From: Candidatus Hydrogenedentota bacterium
GTDB lineage: Bacteria > Hydrogenedentota > Hydrogenedentia > Hydrogenedentales > SLHB01
Length of the DNA stretch: 24,700 nucleotides
Assembly (NCBI GenBank): GCA_045863295.1
Contig: BTWA01000057.1
Location: 1 to 24,700 of the forward strand
Direction: 5' to 3'
Within the stretch, counting starts at the first letter, position 1. The number at the start of each line of letters is the position of its first letter. The notes beneath the pieces were generated by a model. The model did not search any database, was not told the origin of the DNA, and saw only the letters and a program-made list of their open reading frames with translations. A program made the position numbers and the translations under genes. Positions 9,426 to 17,722 of the stretch are shown piece by piece.

Positions 9426-12365
9426 TCAGATAGAGACGTCTTTTTCCTCGTCGTCTTCCAGCGGATACAAATCAGGCAGAGGCTCCAGCGTGGCCGGCGC
9501 CAGATCGGTCCTTATCGATGCGCGTTTTGCAGGGACCGCGGCGGCCGGCTCGGGTTTGCGTGTGGCGGGCTCGGGCCGCCGTGCCGGTACCGCGGGTTTC
9601 GGCTCGGGCGCCTTTGGCGTGGGTAATTCGGTCTTACCGCTTGGCGAGGCATAGCGTGTGGCCAATTGCGAGAGCGCCTTGGCCGCGCTGGCCAATTCCT
9701 CGCTTTCCTTCTTGTACGCGTCAAACTCCTGTTGCAGCATTGAAAGCTTTCGCTGGATCTCACCGGCTTGCGCGTTGGCCGCCGCCACCTGCCCCGCCGC
9801 TTCCAAGCGCAGGTCGTCCATCTCCTTGGCCGTTTTCTTTCGCGCGTTTTCCGCTTCCATCGCCCGCGTCTCAAGCGAAGCCTTGCCTGCAAGCAAGTCG
9901 TCCAACTCCGCGCGCGCGGCCGCTTGTTCCTTTTCCATTGTGACAACCCGCAACCGGAAATCGTCGCGCTCCCGGCCCATTTCCTCAAGCGCGGAAATCA
10001 ACGTCGCCCGTTGCGACTCGCCACTTTCTACAGCCTCCGCCAATTCTGCCCGGATGGCTTCAAGGTCGCTAAGCCTTCCCGCCAACGCATCGCGATCCGC
10101 GGACACCTGTGCCAGGGCTTCCTGTAATTCCGATTGCTGGTCCTTTGTCGCCGAAAGCGCGGCCTCACGTTCCGAGGCCGCCTGCCGCAATTGCTCATTC
10201 TGTGTTCGCAGGGCGTCCGCTTCGGCCGGGCTGACGGCGAAGCGTTCAGCGATTAGTGCTTCCAACTCACCGATTCTGTTCTCATGTTCGACCCGTTCCA
10301 GCGAAGCTTGCTCGCGGGCCGCCTCCAGCGCTTCGGCCAGGCGTTCAGCGCGCTCGACCAGTATGCGTGCTTCGTCCACGGCCGCGGCGCGTTTCATTTC
10401 CGCGGTTGATAACTCTTGCATCAACTGGTCAACCCGCTCGAGCAACTCGTTCCGCTCAGTCTCTGTCGCCGCCATGTTTCCGGAGAAATCGTTCAGCTTG
10501 GATTGGGCAGTTTCCAATTCACGCTGTGACGACATTAACTGTTGCGACAGGTGATCGGCGTGCTCCTTTGCAGCATCCAATTCCAGTCGCAGTTCATTCA
10601 TTTCAGACTGCATCAGGCCATGCCGCGAACGGGCTTCCTCCACCTCCGAACCCAATTCCGTGGAGCGTTGCTGTTCCGTAGCCAATTGCCCTTCCAGGGT
10701 AACGACTTGCTCGCGCAACGCTTCCGCCACTGAATCGGTCTGCTGCGCACTGGTCTCTATCACTTCTAAATCGGAGCGAACCGAATTCAAGTCCGCGAGT
10801 AACGCGTTTACACGCTCCTCGTGCGCAGACGCCTGATCGCGTATCGAGTTTAGTTCCGTGCGCAAGGTCTCGTTCGCCGCAAGTGCCGTTTCCAATTCTT
10901 CCGAAGCCCGCGCAGCCGTTTCCTTCGCGGCCTGCGCCTCCGCATGGGCTTTTTCGAGCGCTTCCCCCGAGTAACCGCTTTCCGATCGAACGCGTTCAAA
11001 CTCCTGGCGAAGCGACGCCAACTCGGACGTCAACGCTTCTTCTCGGTCCCGCAACGGCCCAATTTCCGATTGCAACGCCTCCAGTTCGGCTCCGGCGACG
11101 GTCTGTTGCTCGCGCGCCTTTTCGGCCTCCTCGTAGGCAACGGCCAGACGGCCTCGCAGCGACTCCATTTCGTCCAACAGTTCTTGTGCGGCATCCTGCG
11201 ATTCCGCCAGCATCGACAAATCGTTGCGCAACTGATCCGCTTCTTGCGCGCTCCGCGTCAGTCCGGCTTCCAACTCGCGCACTCGCTGGCGCAGTGCGTC
11301 CACTTCCGCGCCGCGCGCTTCCGCTTCCACCGCGCGCTGGCTCAGCGCATCTTTCTCCGCGCGAAGCGCGTCGCGGCCGTCGAGCAAAGCCGCCAGTTCG
11401 TCCTTGGCTTCGGCAAGCTGATCCCGCAGGAGATTCGCCGCTTCCTCCGCGCCGAGCCGTGTTTCCAATTCCTCCGCGAGCCGCTTGGCTTGGTGGTGGA
11501 ATTTCTCCGCCTCCTGGCGCGCGTGCAACACCTGTTCCTGATACCGATCAATCTCTGCCTTTGCCGAGTCGTGACTTTCCCGCTGCGTGTTTTCCGCCTG
11601 TCTGCGCACGCGATCGACTTGTTCGCGCAAGCTTGCCAACTCGTCTTGAAGGCTCTCGCATAATTGCCGCGACAGATCGTACTTTTGCGACAATTCCTCG
11701 CGTGCCCGTCGTTCTGCGTCCAACTCCTTGCGCAATGCATCGTGGCCGCCGCCCGGTGCCGGGCCCCCCTTGCCCACACGCTCGAGCAGGGTGCGCAATT
11801 CCTGAATCTCCGCCTTCTGCCGGGAGATTTGCGCTTCAGACTCCTCCCGCACCTGCCGCTTCAATAATTCCACCGGACGTTCACCCAGATGGGGTTTGAT
11901 GGTCACCAGCTTTCCGCCGTCCAGCAATTCCCGAAGTCCAGTGGGAAGGTGCCGCATCCGCGCGGGGTGAACACTCGTGGCAATGACCACCGCATGCCGG
12001 TTATCCAGAAAGATTCGAACGACCGCCTCAAGTTCTTCGAGGTTCTCGGAGAACTTCTCCAACTGATCGACCAGAAATATGGCGGAGGGCGCGTTTTCTA
12101 TCGGGGTGGGATCTTCGATGAGGCCCCGGATGGCCGGCGTAAAGTCATACGACGTGACAAAGCCGAGGCTGCACTTCGCGGCCGAGGCCTTCACATGATT
12201 GACGACGCTGTACAAAAGATGCGTCTTGCCGCACCCCTCATCGCCTATGACTACGACCGGCATCGGAGACACCGGCCGAAACTCCGCCACGGCGAGGCAC
12301 GATTCGTAGGCGAGCCGGTTGGACTCGTCTACTAGAAAAGTGCCAAAATTCAAGCGCTTCATCAA
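9426..12365 (-). CDS. DnaA/Hda-like AAA+ N-terminal domain fused to a long coiled coil
   Basis: Residues ~5-160 resemble DnaA domain III ('FGTFLVDESNRLAY', Walker A GDEGCGKTHLL, 'FLVDQLE'). They are followed by ~750 aa of E/A/L/R/Q-rich heptad sequence and a Pro-rich, acidic tail. Confidence 0.8.
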   Translation of the reverse strand: MMKRLNFGTFLVDESNRLAYESCLAVAEFRPVSPMPVVVIGDEGCGKTHLLYSVVNHVKASAAKCSLGFVTSYDFTPAIRGLIEDPTPIENAPSAIFLVDQLEKFSENLEELEAVVRIFLDNRHAVVIATSVHPARMRHLPTGLRELLDGGKLVTIKPHLGERPVELLKRQVREESEAQISRQKAEIQELRTLLERVGKGGPAPGGGHDALRKELDAERRAREELSQKYDLSRQLCESLQDELASLREQVDRVRRQAENTQRESHDSAKAEIDRYQEQVLHARQEAEKFHHQAKRLAEELETRLGAEEAANLLRDQLAEAKDELAALLDGRDALRAEKDALSQRAVEAEARGAEVDALRQRVRELEAGLTRSAQEADQLRNDLSMLAESQDAAQELLDEMESLRGRLAVAYEEAEKAREQQTVAGAELEALQSEIGPLRDREEALTSELASLRQEFERVRSESGYSGEALEKAHAEAQAAKETAARASEELETALAANETLRTELNSIRDQASAHEERVNALLADLNSVRSDLEVIETSAQQTDSVAEALREQVVTLEGQLATEQQRSTELGSEVEEARSRHGLMQSEMNELRLELDAAKEHADHLSQQLMSSQRELETAQSKLNDFSGNMAATETERNELLERVDQLMQELSTAEMKRAAAVDEARILVERAERLAEALEAAREQASLERVEHENRIGELEALIAERFAVSPAEADALRTQNEQLRQAASEREAALSATKDQQSELQEALAQVSADRDALAGRLSDLEAIRAELAEAVESGESQRATLISALEEMGRERDDFRLRVVTMEKEQAAARAELDDLLAGKASLETRAMEAENARKKTAKEMDDLRLEAAGQVAAANAQAGEIQRKLSMLQQEFDAYKKESEELASAAKALSQLATRYASPSGKTELPTPKAPEPKPAVPARRPEPATRKPEPAAAVPAKRASIRTDLAPATLEPLPDLYPLEDDEEKDVSI

Positions 12366-12400
12366 ATGGCGTCTCCCGGCCCGGTGCGTGGACTGGTGGA

Positions 12401-12429
12401 ATTCTAATCGCGTACCGATGGCCTGTCAA
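12401..12429 (-). promoter_or_regulatory. Sigma70-type promoter of the DnaA-like/coiled-coil gene
   Basis: Minus strand TTGACA (12429-12424), 17 nt spacer, TAGAAT (12406-12401). Confidence 0.7.
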
Positions 12430-12541
12430 TTGTCGCGGGCATATAAGATGCCGAAAGCAGAGGACTTGGAACGGGCAAACCAGGGCAATCGAATCCATCC
12501 AAAACCGAAACCGGCCAGGAATGGCGGAGACTTGTACACGC

Positions 12542-13483
12542 ATGCGAATCGACATCGCCGCGCAGACCGACATCGGACGCCGAAAAAAGAAGAACGAAGA
12601 TTACTTCGCTTTTTTTCGCGAAGACTGGCAAGGACTGGCGCTTTTCAAAGACGGCGCGTTCCTCTGCGTCGCCGACGGCCTGGGTGGCCACACCAGTGGC
12701 GAAATCGCCAGTAAACTGGCCGTCTCGCTGGTGAAGGACGTCCTCAAGGAAGAATGGCCCGCCCCAACCACCGAAGATCCCGCCGAAGACCCTGGCCCCA
12801 TTCCACTGCTAAAACGGCACACCGCCCGAGCCAATGAGAGCATATTTCAAACCAACCGGGAGTTCGTCAACAAGGGCCTGCCCATGGGCACCACCATTCT
12901 CTCGGCTATTGTCACACCGAAGAAGGTCTACATCGTCAACGTCGGCGATTCCCGTTGTTACCACATGCGCGACGGCGACATCATTGCAAAAACCGAAGAT
13001 CACTCCTGGGTCGACGAACAAGTCAAACTCGGTCTCATGTCCAAGGCGGAAGCCGAAAAAGACGACCGCAGGCACGTGGTTACCCGGTGCATAGGCACCC
13101 ATCCCGAAGTGGAGATGGACACCTATCTCTGGCACATCGTACCCGGCGACATGCTCCTGCTCTGCACGGATGGCTTGGTCAATATGGTCAAGGACTCTGA
13201 AATCGCCGAGTTCTTCAAGAAGAATTACAGCCCCGCGGAAATTGCCCACCACCTCATTAACGCCGCCAACGAAAACGGCGGAAAAGATAACATCACCGTT
13301 ATTGTCGCCGACATCAGCCCTAGTTTGAGAACGGTCGTCACGCGACGCATGCGGTCTTTTTCGCGCAGGCGTGGCGCCAAATTGTTCATGTTCCTAATGT
13401 TCATTTTGTTCGGCGCATTGTGCTTCTGGGCGGGGTATTTAACGGGCGCCGGGAAGTGGGGCAGCCTCTTTTCCATGAAATAA
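12542..13483 (+). CDS. PP2C/PPM Ser/Thr protein phosphatase (Stp1/PrpC-like) with C-terminal TM
   Basis: 'TDIGRRKKKNED', 'VADGLGGH..GEIAS', 'MGTT', 'NVGDSRCY', 'TEDHS', 'LLCTDGL', 'GGKDNIT'. Start taken at ATG 12542 after GGAGA. Confidence 0.93.
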   Translation: MRIDIAAQTDIGRRKKKNEDYFAFFREDWQGLALFKDGAFLCVADGLGGHTSGEIASKLAVSLVKDVLKEEWPAPTTEDPAEDPGPIPLLKRHTARANESIFQTNREFVNKGLPMGTTILSAIVTPKKVYIVNVGDSRCYHMRDGDIIAKTEDHSWVDEQVKLGLMSKAEAEKDDRRHVVTRCIGTHPEVEMDTYLWHIVPGDMLLLCTDGLVNMVKDSEIAEFFKKNYSPAEIAHHLINAANENGGKDNITVIVADISPSLRTVVTRRMRSFSRRRGAKLFMFLMFILFGALCFWAGYLTGAGKWGSLFSMK

Positions 13484-14206
13484 CAGATGGAATTCCGTTC
13501 CGTCCCATTCCACGTACGACTGGTGATACAACCAGTCGCCGGTATTGATGTAGAGCCCAGTTCCCCTTGGCGTCGGATACGTTTCCATCACTGGGTAATG
13601 GGTGTGCCCTAGAAAAACCACGTCCGCATCGCCAGCGGCCAGCGTGCGCTTCGCAAATTCCCGCAAAGGTCCAACTTCTGATCCCTGGCTCAAATCTTTG
13701 GCTTGGAACATGTGCCGGCTACCCCGAGCCACACCCTGCGCTATTCCCATGGCCCAATCCGGGTGCAACAGGCGGAACAACGAAACCACCCACGGAGATC
13801 GCGCTACCTTTTTGTACAACCGATAGCTCGTGTCGCTGGGATTGATGCCGTCGCCGTGAACGAACAAGACGCGCCGTCCCCCCATTTCGATCACAAGCCG
13901 GTCATGCAAATGAATGCCCAGATCGGTTTCAAGAAAGCGGCCGGCCCAAAAATCGTGGTTGCCACGAACGAAATGAATTTCCACCCCCGCGTCGCGTAAC
14001 GAAGCCAACGCGCGCAACACGTTGAAATAGCCGCTGAAGATGACCGTCCGGTATTCAAACCAGAAGTCGAAGAGATCCCCAAGAATCACAAGGCGATTGT
14101 AAGCAGTGGGATCAATGCTGCGCAGAAACGCCGTCAACCGCCCCATCAGTGCGCGCCCATCGGGCGCCACATTCAAGTGAACGTCCGAAAAGACGAGTGT
14201 CTTCAT
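13439..14206 (-). CDS. LpxH-like metallophosphoesterase (UDP-2,3-diacylglucosamine diphosphatase family)
   Basis: 'SDVH', 'GDLFDFW', 'GNHDFW', 'HGD', 'GHTH', 'NTGDW'. ATG 14206 overlaps the lepB stop (ATGA). Confidence 0.85.
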   Translation of the reverse strand: MKTLVFSDVHLNVAPDGRALMGRLTAFLRSIDPTAYNRLVILGDLFDFWFEYRTVIFSGYFNVLRALASLRDAGVEIHFVRGNHDFWAGRFLETDLGIHLHDRLVIEMGGRRVLFVHGDGINPSDTSYRLYKKVARSPWVVSLFRLLHPDWAMGIAQGVARGSRHMFQAKDLSQGSEVGPLREFAKRTLAAGDADVVFLGHTHYPVMETYPTPRGTGLYINTGDWLYHQSYVEWDGTEFHLLFHGKEAAPLPGAR

Positions 14207-14919
14207 CGAAGCAGGCTGATGCGGCTCAACGGCCAAAAACGGAATACCGCCCGGCCGATAATGGCCTGATCGTCAACGGCATGAAATGAACGGCTGTCCT
14301 TGCTGACAGGCCGATTGTCTCCGAGTACGTAGTACTCGCCAGGTCCAAGAAACTCGCGCGTGGTATTGCTGTGAAACTCCTTGCGAATTTCCTCGGGCAG
14401 GTAGGGTTCTTCCTTTCGTTGATTGTTTACGAAGATTCGCCCTTCCTCAATTTTGATCTCCACTGCGTCGCGTGGCGGTCCTTCTTGCGTGCTCGCGCTG
14501 ACCGTGTTCGAACTGGCTTCCGGCCCTTCCGCGATAACACGCTTTACATATCGCTTGTTCGCCTCATCCTTACTGTCAAAAACGATGATGTCGCCCGGAT
14601 GTATCGCGTCCACGCCCCCGAGAAATGGCAATTTGCTCAACACGTGCGGCAATTTCAGCACGAGGATCCGCTCATCATTCAGCAGAGTCGGCTCCATGGA
14701 CGGGCCCTGCACTTCGTATCCTTCGATCACCCATGTCTTCAAGGCAAGAAACAGCACGAGAAACCACACGATCATCTTTACAAACTCGACCATTTCTCGC
14801 CCGGCCGAAGAGGGGGGCGTGGTCGTGGCGTAAGGATTCACGATGGGTTCATTGAACTCTTGATCGTGCTCGTTCAAAAGAGAGAATCCCTTCCGTATGC
14901 GCAACTGCATGTCGCACAA
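14203..14919 (-). CDS. lepB: Signal peptidase I
   Basis: Catalytic Ser box 'GPSMEPTL', Lys box 'YVKRVI', 'GDNRPVSKDSR', N-terminal TM. Start uncertain (14919, 14910 or 14877). Confidence 0.93.
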   Translation of the reverse strand: MCDMQLRIRKGFSLLNEHDQEFNEPIVNPYATTTPPSSAGREMVEFVKMIVWFLVLFLALKTWVIEGYEVQGPSMEPTLLNDERILVLKLPHVLSKLPFLGGVDAIHPGDIIVFDSKDEANKRYVKRVIAEGPEASSNTVSASTQEGPPRDAVEIKIEEGRIFVNNQRKEEPYLPEEIRKEFHSNTTREFLGPGEYYVLGDNRPVSKDSRSFHAVDDQAIIGRAVFRFWPLSRISLLR

Positions 14920-14921
14920 GA

Positions 14922-15527
14922 CTATATAGAAAATCTACCACGCGAGAGCGCCGCTTTCAAATCCTCGCGTGTCGTAATCACATCCGAAAATACCGTTGCG
15001 AAGCGGCCCACATCCTCGAGCCGATGGGCATCGCTGCATGTTACCGGTGGAATGCCCAGCGTGCCCGACAGCTTTAATGCAAGCGCCTGTTCATGCGCCT
15101 GTAAGTTGACGCTGCGCACTTCTATCGCGTTTAACTGCAGATTAATTATACGATCATCAAACGAAAGTCCCGCCCGGGTAGGGTGGGCCGCAATGCAGAC
15201 GGCCCCGAGGCCATACGCCAACTCCAGCGCTTTCTCGGGTGCCCAGCGAGGTGTAAACCTTTTGGCTTCATCGGGTTCCAGTCCATAGATGAGAATATCT
15301 CCATGGCTGGACGTGTACTCAAATCCCGCTAAAAGTCGAAACCCAGGATGTCCCGAACGCTCCACCAACTCGGAGAGTTCCCGATCCGTCCACTGGTGGT
15401 GGTGTTCCGTTATGACTACTCCATCCAGACCGGCGCGTACGGCCCGGTCAATTAACCGATCCGGCTCAATTTGGCTGCACGCCGAATACCGCTTGGTGTG
15501 CAAGTGTAAATCGATTCGAAGTCCCAT
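14922..15527 (-). CDS. PHP-domain metal-dependent phosphoesterase
   Basis: 'DLHLHT', 'GLDGVVITEH', 'GFEYT', 'AAHP', 'SDAH'. Confidence 0.88.
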   Translation of the reverse strand: MGLRIDLHLHTKRYSACSQIEPDRLIDRAVRAGLDGVVITEHHHQWTDRELSELVERSGHPGFRLLAGFEYTSSHGDILIYGLEPDEAKRFTPRWAPEKALELAYGLGAVCIAAHPTRAGLSFDDRIINLQLNAIEVRSVNLQAHEQALALKLSGTLGIPPVTCSDAHRLEDVGRFATVFSDVITTREDLKAALSRGRFSI

Positions 15528-15557
15528 GGATTCCCTGGCCCGCGACTCTTCGGCGCG

Positions 15558-16658
15558 TCAAATCTCCTGCACCGACAAATCCAGCGCTTTCGGTACCGGA
15601 GAATCGCCACGCAACCGCGGCACCAGAACCTCTCTTTTGCCGAGAATCTGGCGTGCTACAAACAGGATCGCCGGTGGGTGCTCATAGGCCAGACCTTTCA
15701 AATACTGCCACCACTCCCCATTTTCAATCGTCCGTCCAAGCAGACTTGCCGGAATCACGCGCGGATCGATGCCCATCTGCTCCTCAAGCTCTTCCGTTAT
15801 CAGAGCCCCTTTCTCTCCGGCCTCCTTTACCAGTTCTTGGCGCTTCCGAGCCAGTTCCTGGAAGGCTGCGGCCGCCTGGCGGAATCGCTCAACGAACTCC
15901 GGCCACTGGGGATCTCGTTGTACAACCAGCTCTTTAAGAAACTTCACACGCACTTCAAACGGACGTGACTCCAGGCGGCCGGCACCCTCTTCGTCCGCCA
16001 TTAGATAGGTTAATGCCGTGCGAACGAAGGATTCCGGTTCTTGCAGGGGCAAGCTGTCCCGGATGTCCTTGGGGTATTCCGCATGCAAAATGGGGGCCTG
16101 ATTCTGGAAATTGAGCACCCGAGGCAGGGGCTCCGGGAAGGCGGAGTAGTCATATTCCAAACCCGCCGCGATTATATATCCCCGTACGCCGGTCCTGATG
16201 TCGCCTTTGTCCAGAGCGGCATCGGCCTTCTCAAAGAACAGGTTGCGCATGTTCGGCCGGATTCTCAACAGTTCATAGGCTTGCGCCGCGAAGCCATACT
16301 TGCCCAACCCCACCGCGTTGTCAGCGATCTTCATCACCAAAGGTGCGGGCAGCTGCGCGGGCCTCTTCGCGCCCAACTCCTGTTGAATGTGTTGCCAGAT
16401 ATCCGGGTCCTTTACCAAGCGCAATGCCTCGCGAAAGACAAGGTTGTTTTCCTGGTCCACATCCGGCAGCAGATAGCGATACTTTTCCTGGTTGAAACTC
16501 TCGGATGAATCCTGCCGCGCAGGCGAATACGGTTGAAACAGTATGCGGAATGTCACCAGATCGCCGTTCAACACAGATTTCGCGAACGCCTTGGCAATCA
16601 ACTCCGGATCGACCGGTCCCTTATCAGTCTGCTTCGAACGCTTTCCAAACAACGCCAT
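15558..16658 (-). CDS. Hypothetical alpha-helical cytoplasmic protein
   Basis: 366-aa ORF in operon orientation, 3 nt downstream of the J-like gene; no recognised family motif. Confidence 0.75.
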   Translation of the reverse strand: MALFGKRSKQTDKGPVDPELIAKAFAKSVLNGDLVTFRILFQPYSPARQDSSESFNQEKYRYLLPDVDQENNLVFREALRLVKDPDIWQHIQQELGAKRPAQLPAPLVMKIADNAVGLGKYGFAAQAYELLRIRPNMRNLFFEKADAALDKGDIRTGVRGYIIAAGLEYDYSAFPEPLPRVLNFQNQAPILHAEYPKDIRDSLPLQEPESFVRTALTYLMADEEGAGRLESRPFEVRVKFLKELVVQRDPQWPEFVERFRQAAAAFQELARKRQELVKEAGEKGALITEELEEQMGIDPRVIPASLLGRTIENGEWWQYLKGLAYEHPPAILFVARQILGKREVLVPRLRGDSPVPKALDLSVQEI

Positions 16659-16661
16659 TGC

Positions 16662-17252
16662 CTAGTTCCCTTTTGCAGCCACAAGGGCCGCCACAGTCCG
16701 CTCGCGCTCTTGCCAATCCACATGGGGCGAGGTAACCTCCGTATAGGGCAGACGCTTAAGAATGTCCAGATTCAGTAAGTGCCTGTAGTGCCGGAGAATC
16801 CGAGTGGCGTGGCGCTCCTGTCCCGGATTCCACCCGCTCGCCTCAACACATTCCTTATCCCGGCCCGCAGCCAGCATCAATTCTTCCACATACCGGCTCA
16901 AGAAATCCTTGCATGCGGCTTCAAACTCGCGCCTGAACCGATCGGTGTCGCCACTTCCCGACTGAACGGCCTCTATCCAGCGGACTTCGAGTTCCATCAC
17001 GTTCTTACGTGCATTCCAATAGGCCTGACGATCGTCCATTTCCCGGAGAATGACCAGTGCCGCGTTCAGTTTGGCCATTTCCAGCGTATAATGGGCCAAT
17101 AGTTGCGGTGTGATGACTTTTTGATGGATCTCCGTGACCAGGGCTTTCATCTTTGACCGGTATTCCTTGCGGACATCGCCGGGCTTTGCGTCTTCGGAAA
17201 CGCCCAGAATGGAGAAATAATTGACGTAACCGGCGTCTGGTGCGGCAGTCAT
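16662..17252 (-). CDS. J-domain-like protein lacking the HPD motif
   Basis: 'NYFSILGVSEDAKPGDVRKEYR' and 'MAKLNAALVILREMDDRQAY' match J-domain helices I-II and III-IV. Start ATG 17252 after GAGG; the ORF track starts at 17372. Confidence 0.75.
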   Translation of the reverse strand: MTAAPDAGYVNYFSILGVSEDAKPGDVRKEYRSKMKALVTEIHQKVITPQLLAHYTLEMAKLNAALVILREMDDRQAYWNARKNVMELEVRWIEAVQSGSGDTDRFRREFEAACKDFLSRYVEELMLAAGRDKECVEASGWNPGQERHATRILRHYRHLLNLDILKRLPYTEVTSPHVDWQERERTVAALVAAKGN

Positions 17253-17286
17253 GGCCTTGTCCTCGGTTGGATTCATTGAACATGCC

Positions 17287-17316
17287 ATTGTACCTATTAA
17301 TAGTGCGGAGAGGCAA
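17287..17316 (-). promoter_or_regulatory. Putative sigma70-type promoter of the J-like...LpxH-like operon
   Basis: Minus strand TTGCCT (17316-17311), 18 nt spacer, TACAAT (17292-17287), about 35 nt before ATG 17252. Confidence 0.5.
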
Positions 17317-17410
17317 TTTGCCTCCCCCTTGGACGCCCGGTCTGCTGGCATCCGGTGGAACAGAGGGTACAACCGGGGCTAAACTGTAAAGAATTTCCCC
17401 TGTCAAACCC

Positions 17411-17439
17411 TTGACATCCCACAGGCCATTTGCTACACT
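17411..17439 (+). promoter_or_regulatory. Sigma70-type promoter of barrel gene 1
   Basis: TTGACA, 17 nt spacer, TACACT with extended TGn. Confidence 0.75.
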
Positions 17440-17506
17440 TCGCCCCTGTGAGGGGTCCATGTGGGTACAGAATTGACCCTGTTTTCCGTATAACTGAGAC
17501 GATAAT

Positions 17507-17593
17507 CATCCAAAGCGGCTTCACATTGGAGGACGAAAGGAGGGATGAAGTCGGGGCCAAAGCACCTGCCTCCGAGGCCGTACGCAAGGGATG
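17507..17593 (+). ncRNA. Conserved structured leader element, copy 1 (candidate cis-regulatory RNA)
   Basis: Aligns without gaps to 19543-19629 (61/87 identical by hand count). Nested helices CATCC/GGATG, GCGGCTT/AGGCCGT and TGGAGG/CCTCCG, with compensatory changes in copy 2. Confidence 0.6.
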
Positions 17594-17634
17594 TCGTTTA
17601 TAGATTTCTGTGTTGCACGTCAGCGTTACCGTGA
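17545..17634 (+). CDS. Candidate leader peptide (uORF) MKSGPKHLPPRPYARDVVYRFLCCTSALP
   Basis: Purine-rich GAAAGGAGGG directly before the ATG; in-frame homologue at 19581 with synonymous changes. Confidence 0.4.
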   Translation: MKSGPKHLPPRPYARDVVYRFLCCTSALP

Positions 17635-17722
17635 GAAGCGGAATTTATTTTCTCACGTGTAGCTGGATGGCCGAGCGGTCGTTAGGACCGGCTCGACAAT
17701 ATAATGGAAGGAGTTTATAGCA

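Noticed and set aside
12470..12530. GGGCAAAC...GAAA as a c-di-GMP-I riboswitch
   Set aside because: No GNRA-capped first stem followed by GCAAA and no second-stem receptor could be built.
11880..12541. True dnaA gene or replication origin
   Set aside because: DnaA domains I and IV are absent, there is no dnaN/gyrB context, and no clustered TTATCCACA boxes occur in the intergenic region.
7756..17296. Identical 14-mer TGCCATTGTACCTA at 7756-7769 and 17283-17296 as att sites or a shared operator
   Set aside because: A 14-nt match is roughly expected by chance in 24.7 kb. It contains a -10-like TACAAT on the minus strand, and the enclosed genes are housekeeping-like with no integrase.
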